This document shows positions 54,729 through 63,302 of a stretch of DNA of 64,000 bases, in pieces (position 1 is the stretch's first letter; every line of letters starts with the position of its first letter). The DNA lies in assembly GCA_016198685.1 (NCBI GenBank), contig JACQID010000007.1:28695-92694 (forward strand), in the 5' to 3' direction. The translations under genes and the position numbers were made by a program. The notes below the pieces were generated by a model. The model was not told the DNA's origin, made no database searches, and worked only from the letters and a program-made list of their open reading frames with translations. Source of the DNA: Candidatus Aenigmatarchaeota archaeon (lineage in GTDB: Archaea > Aenigmatarchaeota > Aenigmatarchaeia > GW2011-AR5).

Positions 54729-55588
54729 ATAATGATCTGGAAATCCCTGATCTCATGAAAAAGGAAGAGTCCAAGAAACTCTTTCATGAGGCTTGCAAAA
54801 AATTGGGCATAGACGGAAAGCGAATGAGCGAGCTTTCGGTATATGAACTGACTGACGGCACGAGGACTTCCACGGAGCTGGGAGGCTGGCAGGCTTATTT
54901 TGACGGCGGCATGTTCGTGCTACGTCTTTTTCACATAATGTCCATGCTCGGCGCAAAGAGCGCATACGTTTTGACGACAGGCGAGGGGCACAAGAAAAGG
55001 GATAATTATTCCGACATCATGCAGTCTCTTGAGAAGCAAGTCGATGTCTATTCAAGATATGTCAAAGAGCACAATGTGCGCCTCAAATTCGTGGCTAATG
55101 TGCCGATTCTTGCAAGATTTACAAAATTCATGCGCATGCTCAATAAGTTAGAGAATGAAAGTGCCAAGAATGATGGCATGACGGTCTATGTTCTTATCAA
55201 TTATTCTGCAGACTGGGCTTATCGTACCGGAGCTTTGAAGAAGCTGCCAAATGCGAATGTTATAATAAAACACACGAAAGGGCAGGTCAACGAAGGCCTG
55301 TGGCTCCCTGGAAAATTGCATAACAACGGCTTTGTCTATGCTCAAAACGGTTCATCCAGCAGGAATTGGTCTGATAAGCAGTTAGTCTATTTCGCAGCTC
55401 TCATGCTTAAAAGCATGATACATCATCAGGGTCAGCAATATCAGAAGAGCTACAAAGAGGGCGAAAAGGAATACATAAGGGACATGCGCGAAAAGAAAAT
55501 GGTATTTGTTCACAAGAAGCTTCTTCCAAAGCCGACAAAGCGCGTAGTAATATTCAGCAATGTCGGGCCTGAAGTTTACGAGTTCTGA
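54725..55588 (+). CDS. Divergent cis-prenyltransferase-fold protein
   Basis: Degenerate, colinear UppS motifs: LTDGTRT (vs ILDGNRR), AYVLTTGEGH (vs AYTLSIEN), LKFVA (vs TRFIG), VLINYS (vs LAVAYG), NVIIKHTKG (vs DVIIRSGG). ATGA overlap with egsA. Confidence 0.6.
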   Translation: MNNDLEIPDLMKKEESKKLFHEACKKLGIDGKRMSELSVYELTDGTRTSTELGGWQAYFDGGMFVLRLFHIMSMLGAKSAYVLTTGEGHKKRDNYSDIMQSLEKQVDVYSRYVKEHNVRLKFVANVPILARFTKFMRMLNKLENESAKNDGMTVYVLINYSADWAYRTGALKKLPNANVIIKHTKGQVNEGLWLPGKLHNNGFVYAQNGSSSRNWSDKQLVYFAALMLKSMIHHQGQQYQKSYKEGEKEYIRDMREKKMVFVHKKLLPKPTKRVVIFSNVGPEVYEF

Positions 55589-55651
55589 GTTTGAAGAATA
55601 AGACTGTAATCATTCTTTGAGGTTTTCTAAAATCGCATGGAAAACAGGCGA

Positions 55652-55978
55652 TTATATTTTAATCTGCTGATTCTGCACTTCTTCATCTATTGCCCTGCTT
55701 GTTATTGCGTTGTTTAGTTCGATGAGCTTCTTTGTTACAGGATTTTCTTCATTCAATTTGTAAAGTTTTGCCCGGCCAATTTGCCGGGTTTCTTTCACAA
55801 TATTCTTTTCTACAAGACCGAAGAAGAATGTCTGGAGGGTATTCCAGCCTACGCTGGTTTCCTTCGATATGTCTGATAATGAGTAATCAAACTCCCTGTA
55901 TGTCATCAGAAAATCCAGAACCTTGATTAAGGGGGAATCTCCAAATACTTCCACGAATGCGGTTTTGTCCTGTGTCAT
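55652..55978 (-). CDS. Small winged-helix protein
   Basis: FGDSPLIKVLDFL...FDYSLSDISKET...RQIGRAKLYKLN. Confidence 0.75.
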   Translation of the reverse strand: MTQDKTAFVEVFGDSPLIKVLDFLMTYREFDYSLSDISKETSVGWNTLQTFFFGLVEKNIVKETRQIGRAKLYKLNEENPVTKKLIELNNAITSRAIDEEVQNQQIKI

Positions 55979-56010
55979 TTCAATTCATCTCAGATCTCGT
56001 TTATCAATAT

Positions 56011-56040
56011 CTTTGAATATTTTTGAATATCTTTGAATAC
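56011..56040. repeat. Three tandem 10-bp repeats (YTTTGAATAY)
   Basis: CTTTGAATAT TTTTGAATAT CTTTGAATAC, between the two divergent winged-helix genes. Confidence 0.8.
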
Positions 56041-56136
56041 AAATATACTACAATGATAAGTTTAAATATCTATAATAGCAATCTATAAACTATATTTTAC
56101 CATATTTAATTTAATAAAATAATAAAATGTGGTGCG

Positions 56137-56388
56137 ATGGACGATAATGTGCTCAAGGCCGTAATATTGCGTAAAATGCTCATGCATCGATGGATAGGCG
56201 GAAAACATACATCTATTGACAATTTGCCTAAAGGATTTCCTATGCAAGTAAGGAAGGATGTCTCAAGAATCGTTCAAGACCTAATACGAGAAGGATTCGT
56301 GGTTCGAAAGCCTACAAGTTACGGTGAACATGTTTATCTTAACCCTAATAAAGTCCATGAGGCGAAAAAAATTGCCGGTATGGTATAA
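56137..56388 (+). CDS. Small winged-helix-like protein
   Basis: WIGGKHTSIDNLPKGFP...DLIREGFV..KPTSYGEHVYLNP. Confidence 0.65.
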   Translation: MDDNVLKAVILRKMLMHRWIGGKHTSIDNLPKGFPMQVRKDVSRIVQDLIREGFVVRKPTSYGEHVYLNPNKVHEAKKIAGMV

Positions 56389-56395
56389 TTTCATC

Positions 56396-57208
56396 CTAGA
56401 GAACGCTTCCAAGCAAAAATCCTATAAGCACAAAATAAGTTGCAACTTTTATCATTTTTTCGGCTTTCCTTACTGGTTGTATTGATGCGTAAATGCAGGT
56501 TGCTATTGCAGGGACTGCGCCTATCCAATAATAAACTGAGAATGTCCCTAGTATAAATGGTGCAATGAGGAATATGCAAGCAGCATATATTAGCATGAAC
56601 CCGAATATCTTGGCGTTTCTTTCACCGATTGCATGGGCAAGAGTTCTTACGCCTTCTTTCTTATCACCCTCAGCATCACGGACATCCTTGAGAACTTCCC
56701 TGCTCATCGCGGCAAGGAACGATATTCCTGCAAGAAGGAGCAATGCATCGCTAAGCATGATATCATTTGAAATGAAACCTGCTGCAAGAAATGAGGCAGC
56801 GGCAAGCCAGCTTACGGCAATATTTTTCACAAGCACTATTTTCTTGAGTTTGTAGGCGTATGCGCTTGAAATCACGTAATTGAAAATAGCTATGCCGAAG
56901 AACGGCAGGCTTACAAGCGATGCGGCAACAAGGCCCAAAATACCTGTGACGGCAAACAGCCGGAATGCCCCTTCGCGCGAAGCGCGGCCTGAAGGTATGG
57001 GTCGGTGGGGCATCGATATCTTGTCGATTTTATAATCAATATAATCGTTGATTGCGTTGCCGCTTCCGCATATGAGGAAGCCTGCCAATATTACAAGAGC
57101 GAATGTCAATGTTGGAGAGAATGTGCCTGCAACAATGCTGCCTATTATAAGGGCAAGCACCGTCATCATGCAGACGCTGGGACGCAGGAGCTCAAGGTAT
57201 GGGTTCAT
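56396..57208 (-). CDS. Digeranylgeranylglyceryl-phosphate synthase (UbiA family)
   Basis: GNAINDYIDYKID.ISMPHRPIPSG and REVLKDVRDAEGD. Start trimmed to MNPYLELLRP. Confidence 0.88.
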   Translation of the reverse strand: MNPYLELLRPSVCMMTVLALIIGSIVAGTFSPTLTFALVILAGFLICGSGNAINDYIDYKIDKISMPHRPIPSGRASREGAFRLFAVTGILGLVAASLVSLPFFGIAIFNYVISSAYAYKLKKIVLVKNIAVSWLAAASFLAAGFISNDIMLSDALLLLAGISFLAAMSREVLKDVRDAEGDKKEGVRTLAHAIGERNAKIFGFMLIYAACIFLIAPFILGTFSVYYWIGAVPAIATCIYASIQPVRKAEKMIKVATYFVLIGFLLGSVL

Positions 57209-57944
57209 ACAAATCAACGTTATTCGGGACACTTAAAGTATCGTTTTGCCTTGGCGGAATTGCGTTGCATAATTCGCGATAATTCGGAACCCAGAGATTC
57301 GCGGCTTTTTTTGCCCTCCCTGTAGCCTTGGGAGATGCCACCGCATATCCGGATTCTGCAAACGCCTCAAGGTCGGTTTCACTGTCGCCGAAGACTATGC
57401 AATTTTCTATAGGGTAACCGGCTTGCTTCAGATAAGTTCTCAGCGCAACATGCTTGTTCGGCTTCGCGGTTCCTACATAACGCGAAGGCTGGATGATATG
57501 TCCATCCATAGCATAGCAACTGCCCCAGGAATCCGCATTAAGAATATTCGCAGCGGCCTGCGCGGAAACATCGAGCCCTCCTGTGAATATGATTACCGGC
57601 ATATCATACCCTCGCAATGTTTCCACGAGTTCCTTGACGCCGGGCAGCAGGCTGCGGTTTATGCAGTCTTCTGCAAACGCATATGCTTCTCGGTCGTTTG
57701 CACAGCGCGCTGAATTGATAGCGGATATGAATGCCTCAAGGCCGCGTTGTTCACTGCCGAGCTTATCATAAGCCGTTGCGAGGACGGCACCCCATATCCC
57801 TTTTGCGACATTTGCGTAATGCCTTTTTTGTATCTCCTTGGAAAGGATGCCTAATGCTATGGATTCTGATGTCTTTGTGCTTATTATCGTTTTGTCAAGA
57901 TCAAAAACGGCCGCTTCATATACAGGATTTGAGAGTATGCCCAT
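57192..57944 (-). CDS. HAD-family (IB, SerB-like) phosphatase
   Basis: AVFDLDKT, IFTGG, K and GDSETD motifs. The 3' end overlaps the DGGGP synthase start. Start uncertain (57944-57983). Confidence 0.82.
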   Translation of the reverse strand: MGILSNPVYEAAVFDLDKTIISTKTSESIALGILSKEIQKRHYANVAKGIWGAVLATAYDKLGSEQRGLEAFISAINSARCANDREAYAFAEDCINRSLLPGVKELVETLRGYDMPVIIFTGGLDVSAQAAANILNADSWGSCYAMDGHIIQPSRYVGTAKPNKHVALRTYLKQAGYPIENCIVFGDSETDLEAFAESGYAVASPKATGRAKKAANLWVPNYRELCNAIPPRQNDTLSVPNNVDLYEPIP

Positions 57945-58027
57945 GAAATCGGCATAAGTGGGCGGCATAAAAATAAACTGCAAAAATCTTTAAATAATGC
58001 CATATTTCCATGAGAGGATAATACGGA

Positions 58028-60871
58028 TTACTCAACGACAACCGGAACTCTTGACATCATCGAGCGCATGGCTACAATCGTGCGTCCTATGTCGCGTTCA
58101 AGGGAGTCCATTCTCTCGTAGAGGGCTGCGCTCTCGGGAGCTTCTATTTTCCTTAATTTCTCGCCAAGCGCCTGCATGTCTTTTTCGTACGCTTCGCGAG
58201 TCACGAATGCCGGAGCCTTCCTGTCCATGGCTCTTGCGAAATCCTCAAGGTTTTCTGCAAAGAACTTCATGGCGCTCTTTTCTATTCTCTTGTCTATAGA
58301 GCGCAGCATCTTGTTGTGATCTTTCATTTCTTTCCTGAACTGGTTAATATCATTCTGCTTTATGAATTGCGAGAATTCCGAGCTTTCCTGCATCAGCCTT
58401 CCGCGAAGCGCGTTCATCTGATTGCTGAAATCTGTAATATGCATGTTCAGCTCTTCTCCTATCTTGGCATGTTCGGTTGGCGATGGGTTCTGGAGGGTCT
58501 TCTGTTCTATGCTATCAAGCCGTCTTTGCATCTCGCCAAGCTTATCCATGAATGCAGGGTCAATATGTTCTGCTTGATTCTGCTTGGATGAAGCATCAAA
58601 GCCCTTCCATAAAGCTTCCATGCCCTGCAGCCTCTGTCTCATGTCGTTTATGCCCTGTTCAAGGGATGTGCGTGCCTCAAGCTCATTGCCGGCATTCTGG
58701 CGCAGGTGTTCTATGGCCGCGAGCATTGCATGCATTTCCGATGGGATGCTCGTAAACTTTTCTACACGGGTTTCAATGGCCGAGAATTGGCGTTTTATGT
58801 CATTAATAATTTTTTCATCCGCCAATCTGTTCACAGATTCGCTCTCAAGCTCCATCTTAAGCCGGGATATGTGCTGAATATGATTTTCCAACTCCTTTAC
58901 GCGCCTCTCAACGTTTGAAGTATAAGTTTCCCCGGCCTTCACGAGCTTCCTCATGTCTCCTATGTCTTTCATTTCGCCGGTGATTTCGTGCATTAGTTTC
59001 TCTATCTCGGCTGAACGAACCTGATTGTCGTTAAGTATGCTTTTGATTTCCTCTTTGTCCCTATTGACATCGTTTTTCACCTTGTAGAATTCCTGCATTC
59101 CTTTCTCTATTCCGGCTATTTTGGCGCGAAGTTCTTCGCCGGAAGACTCTGCAAGTTTTCTGAGCTGATATTTCTCTTCACGAAGCTCTTTTCTTAGGTG
59201 CTCAAGATCGGAAAGCTCTTTGCTGATATCTTCCATCTTACCGGAAATGTCGGCTTCCACTGAATTGTTTTTCTCGTGCGCCTTTTTTGCTTCATTCCTT
59301 TCACGGTGAAGTTCATTCTTCATGGAGTCAAGCTCCTCAATCTTTTTGTCCAGCGCACTAAGCTTTTCGTTAATTGTCTCTCTCGCAGAAGAATATGATT
59401 CTGCAAGCTTCTGGACGTCTTTCTTCTCCTTGTCCAAGGACTTGCCCACCTTGAGCATGCTTTCCATCTCGTTCCTGATTTCCTGCATGCTTTTCTCTAT
59501 GGACACACGGCTCACAGATTCCTCATCAAGGTCCTTTCTGAACTCGTTGATCACGCTGATTTTCTTCTGCAAGCCCTCAAGTTTTTTGTCTATTTCACTA
59601 TTCTTGAGACTCGTGGATTCTGCCATTTCTTTCATTACACGGCGCTCTTTCTCCAGCTCCTTGTCCATGACTGCAATCTTGTCAACTTTGCCCTTCATGT
59701 CCTGGAAGTTTTTCTCAAGCGACACCCTGCCTACCGATTCTTCCTCAAGCTGTTCGCTGAGTTCTTTTATGGCATGCAAGTTCTTTTCTATCGAAGAGTC
59801 AATATGCCTGTACTTTTGCTCGGTGTCCTGAATGGTTTTTTCCATCCTGCCGAATCTGTATTCCAGTTCTTTGGCATTTATGTTGCCTCCGGCGGACAGT
59901 TTCTCTCCCGCCTCTGCAAGTTTATTATCCATCTGTTTAGAAAGATTATCTATTTCGCCTAATTTTTCGTCGAGCCTTCTTTCCGCGATCTGTATCTTCT
60001 CAAGCAATACAACGCCTTTATCGCTGTCGGCCGACTGGCGGGAGAGTTTTTCTTCAAGTTCCTTCTTCATCGAAGCGATGGTATCAATGTCGTTCTTCAT
60101 GGACGCCATTTTTTCCATATCCTGCTCGATTCCTTCTCTTGCGGCAGAAAGCTTGCTCATGTATTCCTGAAGTCCTTTCTTAGTGACGATGTCGGACATT
60201 CTGGACGGATCAATGGCTTCAAGCTTTTCTTTTACATATGATTGCATGTTGATTACGCTTTCTTCAAGTTCCTTGACTGACTGGGGCTCTCCGAGGGATT
60301 CTATCTTTTCTTCCAAATCCCTTATCCTTTTGCCAAAATCTTCAGGCATTACTGAAGAGGAAGAATCCATCGAGCCGATTTTTTCTTCAAGGGCGGCGAT
60401 CCTTTTTTCAACGTCATTGCCGTCGCTTCTTCGTATGCTCTTAAGTTCGCTGTCCATTTCAGCAACATCTTCATTCGAGGAAAGGCCTTTCTGCGATAGT
60501 TCATCGAGCCTGTTCTCTAGCTGATTCATTCTCGTTTCGAGTTCGTTACCATTCGATGCAGTAGCGCCTGATGCCATACCGCGTACCTGCTGCTCAAGTA
60601 TGTCAATTTTTTCGTGCATCTTGGCATCGTCGGGCATGAATGATGCGTCAAGGAAAGAGGAATCTTCTTTTTTGCCTATGGCTTCTCTTATTTTCGTATT
60701 TTCAACCTGCAAAAGAAGCATCAGGTCTTCTATTTCCTGCAGCCTTTGTTCGGAGTTCTCGGTCTTTATCGTTTCAAGTTCTCCAAGACGCTGGTCTATC
60801 TGAACAAAAGTATTTCTAAGCTTAGCTTCGAGACCGTTGAGGCGTTCAATAAGCTGACGGAAGTCATCCAT
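58028..60871 (-). CDS. 947-aa repetitive coiled-coil protein, no ATPase motifs
   Basis: E/K/L-rich heptad pattern throughout, with internal 31- and 42-aa repeats. Confidence 0.8.
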   Translation of the reverse strand: MDDFRQLIERLNGLEAKLRNTFVQIDQRLGELETIKTENSEQRLQEIEDLMLLLQVENTKIREAIGKKEDSSFLDASFMPDDAKMHEKIDILEQQVRGMASGATASNGNELETRMNQLENRLDELSQKGLSSNEDVAEMDSELKSIRRSDGNDVEKRIAALEEKIGSMDSSSSVMPEDFGKRIRDLEEKIESLGEPQSVKELEESVINMQSYVKEKLEAIDPSRMSDIVTKKGLQEYMSKLSAAREGIEQDMEKMASMKNDIDTIASMKKELEEKLSRQSADSDKGVVLLEKIQIAERRLDEKLGEIDNLSKQMDNKLAEAGEKLSAGGNINAKELEYRFGRMEKTIQDTEQKYRHIDSSIEKNLHAIKELSEQLEEESVGRVSLEKNFQDMKGKVDKIAVMDKELEKERRVMKEMAESTSLKNSEIDKKLEGLQKKISVINEFRKDLDEESVSRVSIEKSMQEIRNEMESMLKVGKSLDKEKKDVQKLAESYSSARETINEKLSALDKKIEELDSMKNELHRERNEAKKAHEKNNSVEADISGKMEDISKELSDLEHLRKELREEKYQLRKLAESSGEELRAKIAGIEKGMQEFYKVKNDVNRDKEEIKSILNDNQVRSAEIEKLMHEITGEMKDIGDMRKLVKAGETYTSNVERRVKELENHIQHISRLKMELESESVNRLADEKIINDIKRQFSAIETRVEKFTSIPSEMHAMLAAIEHLRQNAGNELEARTSLEQGINDMRQRLQGMEALWKGFDASSKQNQAEHIDPAFMDKLGEMQRRLDSIEQKTLQNPSPTEHAKIGEELNMHITDFSNQMNALRGRLMQESSEFSQFIKQNDINQFRKEMKDHNKMLRSIDKRIEKSAMKFFAENLEDFARAMDRKAPAFVTREAYEKDMQALGEKLRKIEAPESAALYERMDSLERDIGRTIVAMRSMMSRVPVVVE

Positions 60872-60933
60872 AAGTTAACTTTACTTGTTCCTGGCCGGTA
60901 TTTATTGTTTTCTTCATTACACATCACGGGAAT

Positions 60934-61506
60934 CTAGAGATTCTTACGGCGATCCAGCCGCTTATTATGCCCTATTCCTGTGTAAATTCTTGGATGATGA
61001 GCTTGGAATTTATTTTCCGCCCATTTTTTCCACAGAAACCATAAGACAAGAAGGCTAGCAATGCTTCCCCAGCTCCAAAGCGTGCCATGGACAAGCGTGT
61101 AATGCTCAAGTCCGAAAACCCAGACAAAGAAGAACATGAACCATATCCTTAGAATATTAAGCACATAGAGAACCGGGAGCAGAAGAAGGCCTGCTAGTCT
61201 CTTGTTGAGGGCGACATCGGTAGCCATGACAAGAGCGAAAAATATAAGGAGGCTTTTCCATCCTGATGAGTCCCAGCTTACGTAAGCCGCCCACGTTCCG
61301 CCGTTTACAGGAATCGCGATTAAACCGTTTTCGATTATCACCGGCAGCCCTGTCAGCTGCATCAGAAGAAAGGAAATTCTTTCTGTCAATTCTATAAACC
61401 ACGTGAATTGAACGCCTGCCAGTTCAATAATATAGAAAGGAAGAGCGAAGATATTGAGCTTTACGATGAATTCGAACTGGCTCCTCAAGTCTCTGGGCAA
61501 ATTCAT
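60934..61506 (-). CDS. Exosortase/archaeosortase-family membrane protein (Cys replaced by Ser)
   Basis: VSWDSSGWKS at the CxG position, LNILRI (Arg) and LVHG (His). Confidence 0.7.
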   Translation of the reverse strand: MNLPRDLRSQFEFIVKLNIFALPFYIIELAGVQFTWFIELTERISFLLMQLTGLPVIIENGLIAIPVNGGTWAAYVSWDSSGWKSLLIFFALVMATDVALNKRLAGLLLLPVLYVLNILRIWFMFFFVWVFGLEHYTLVHGTLWSWGSIASLLVLWFLWKKWAENKFQAHHPRIYTGIGHNKRLDRRKNL

Positions 61507-61552
61507 GAAGATTATTCGGCTCAAAAAGCTTTATTAGTGTTCATGGAAAATT

Positions 61553-62812
61553 ATGCGGATGGAAAGGATTCTTTCTGGCATCATTCTTGCGTTCGCGGGC
61601 TTTACCGCCCTTTATGCGGCGGGCATAATATCTATCGAAGGCTTCGTTTTTGTTACTTTTCTATCTATCGTCTCATTTCTGCTCTATGCAGACAGGGGGA
61701 AGATCAAGCGTGAAGGCATAATGTTCATGAGGCGCACGAAGAAAGGAATGGAAATCATAGATAAAATAGCGCGTCTCAGTCCGCGTTTCTGGAATATAGT
61801 CGGTTACCTAGGCGTCGTGGCGGCAGTAATAATATCAATCTTCATAGTTTCATTACTGGTAGAGACCGCATACAAGATACTAACGAAGCAGGCAGGCGCA
61901 GGCGGCGCAGGGATAATATTGCCGGGACCGGTTTCCGCGCCGATATCCGTACCCGGAATTTTCATAGTCCCGTGGTGGATATGGATAATTGGAATAATAG
62001 CGGTCGTTGTGCCGCACGAAATGATGCATGGCATATTATGCCGGGCAAATAAGGTCAGGATAAAGTCCGTAGGATGGGCGTTCTTCCTTTTCGTGCCTGC
62101 CGCATTCGTCGAGCCTGACGAAAAACAGCTTTCAAGATCCAGTACTCTTACCAAACTGAAAGTCTATGCGGCAGGATCTTTTGCAAACATTGCAGCCGCA
62201 GGCATAATAGCGATGGTCCTAATTTCATTATCCGGCACATTCGCTCATGTAGGAATGGCGTTTCCTGTCATAAAGGACTCGCCCGCCTTCAATAGCAGCT
62301 TAATGGGCGCTATAGTCTCAATAGACGGGACAGCAGTCAGGAGTCCTGAAGAATTAAAGAGTATATTAGATGCGAAATCGCCAGGGGAAACCGTTGCAAT
62401 CGGATTATCGGAAATAAAGAACAATCAGCTGACACCTATATTTTCAGGCTTTTTCCCGTCCAGTGCCGGCGTAATCGTTGACGGCCAGCAGAAATTTGTT
62501 AACGTAACGCTGGGAGAAAACAACGGCACGGCATATCTTGGCGTATTTCTTGGAGGTTCGGCGCCTGCTTATACGACGACACTGCCTGATATTGCCTTGG
62601 GCGCATATATGCTTCTATTCTGGATATACACCTTCAGCTTTGGCGTTGGACTCTTCAACCTGCTTCCGATGAAGCCGTTGGACGGAGGCCCCTTCTTCCA
62701 GGAAATCATAAGCAAATATACGCCGCATTCCGAACAGATAACCAAATACGTTTCGATCGCAATGCTGATGCTGGTATTGTTCAATCTTTTTGGCGTTTAT
62801 CTTGTGGCCTAA
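61553..62812 (+). CDS. Site-2 protease (M50) with PDZ-like insertion
   Basis: PHEMMHG, AFVEPDE, YAAGSFAN and FNLLPMKPLDG. Confidence 0.92.
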   Translation: MRMERILSGIILAFAGFTALYAAGIISIEGFVFVTFLSIVSFLLYADRGKIKREGIMFMRRTKKGMEIIDKIARLSPRFWNIVGYLGVVAAVIISIFIVSLLVETAYKILTKQAGAGGAGIILPGPVSAPISVPGIFIVPWWIWIIGIIAVVVPHEMMHGILCRANKVRIKSVGWAFFLFVPAAFVEPDEKQLSRSSTLTKLKVYAAGSFANIAAAGIIAMVLISLSGTFAHVGMAFPVIKDSPAFNSSLMGAIVSIDGTAVRSPEELKSILDAKSPGETVAIGLSEIKNNQLTPIFSGFFPSSAGVIVDGQQKFVNVTLGENNGTAYLGVFLGGSAPAYTTTLPDIALGAYMLLFWIYTFSFGVGLFNLLPMKPLDGGPFFQEIISKYTPHSEQITKYVSIAMLMLVLFNLFGVYLVA

Positions 62813-62843
62813 ACCTATAAATTCCACCTTGATGAATTGAATC

Positions 62844-63302
62844 ATGGGTCATGTGGATTGGGGCAAAATAATGTTCGACAATTCCATGAAAAACAAGCAC
62901 AGGAACGCCATCATCGCACTTGCCTTTCTTGCAATCATAACCATGGCGGGATATTATCTTGCGCCTTCCGATGCAATGAATTCTGATATTGCGGTTGCAT
63001 TGCCACTTGGAGATTCTGGGCGAACGCAGTGCAGTTTCTATAGTGGTGATGAGGCGGTAGAATGCGCAGAAGCATACAGGATAGCTGAAGAAACATACGG
63101 AGGCGCCATAACATTGCTAAATAAGAGGGGCATAACTATGCGCGTGAGAGGTCCTAGCGGGCTTGCCGAGAATACAGAGATTGTCTGGATGGCAGACATA
63201 CAGAATCCTACAATTGATGGCATTAAAGTAACTACAGCTACCGTGGTGATACGCCCAGAACTCAATGGCACATACCCTTATTTTACAGGTGACCAGCTAT
63301 GA
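62844..63302 (+). CDS. Membrane-anchored hypothetical protein
   Basis: A single N-terminal hydrophobic segment followed by a soluble domain. Confidence 0.55.
   Translation: MGHVDWGKIMFDNSMKNKHRNAIIALAFLAIITMAGYYLAPSDAMNSDIAVALPLGDSGRTQCSFYSGDEAVECAEAYRIAEETYGGAITLLNKRGITMRVRGPSGLAENTEIVWMADIQNPTIDGIKVTTATVVIRPELNGTYPYFTGDQL

Noticed and set aside
58028-60871. SMC/Rad50 assignment for the coiled-coil protein
   Set aside because: No Walker A/B, signature, hinge or zinc-hook motif.
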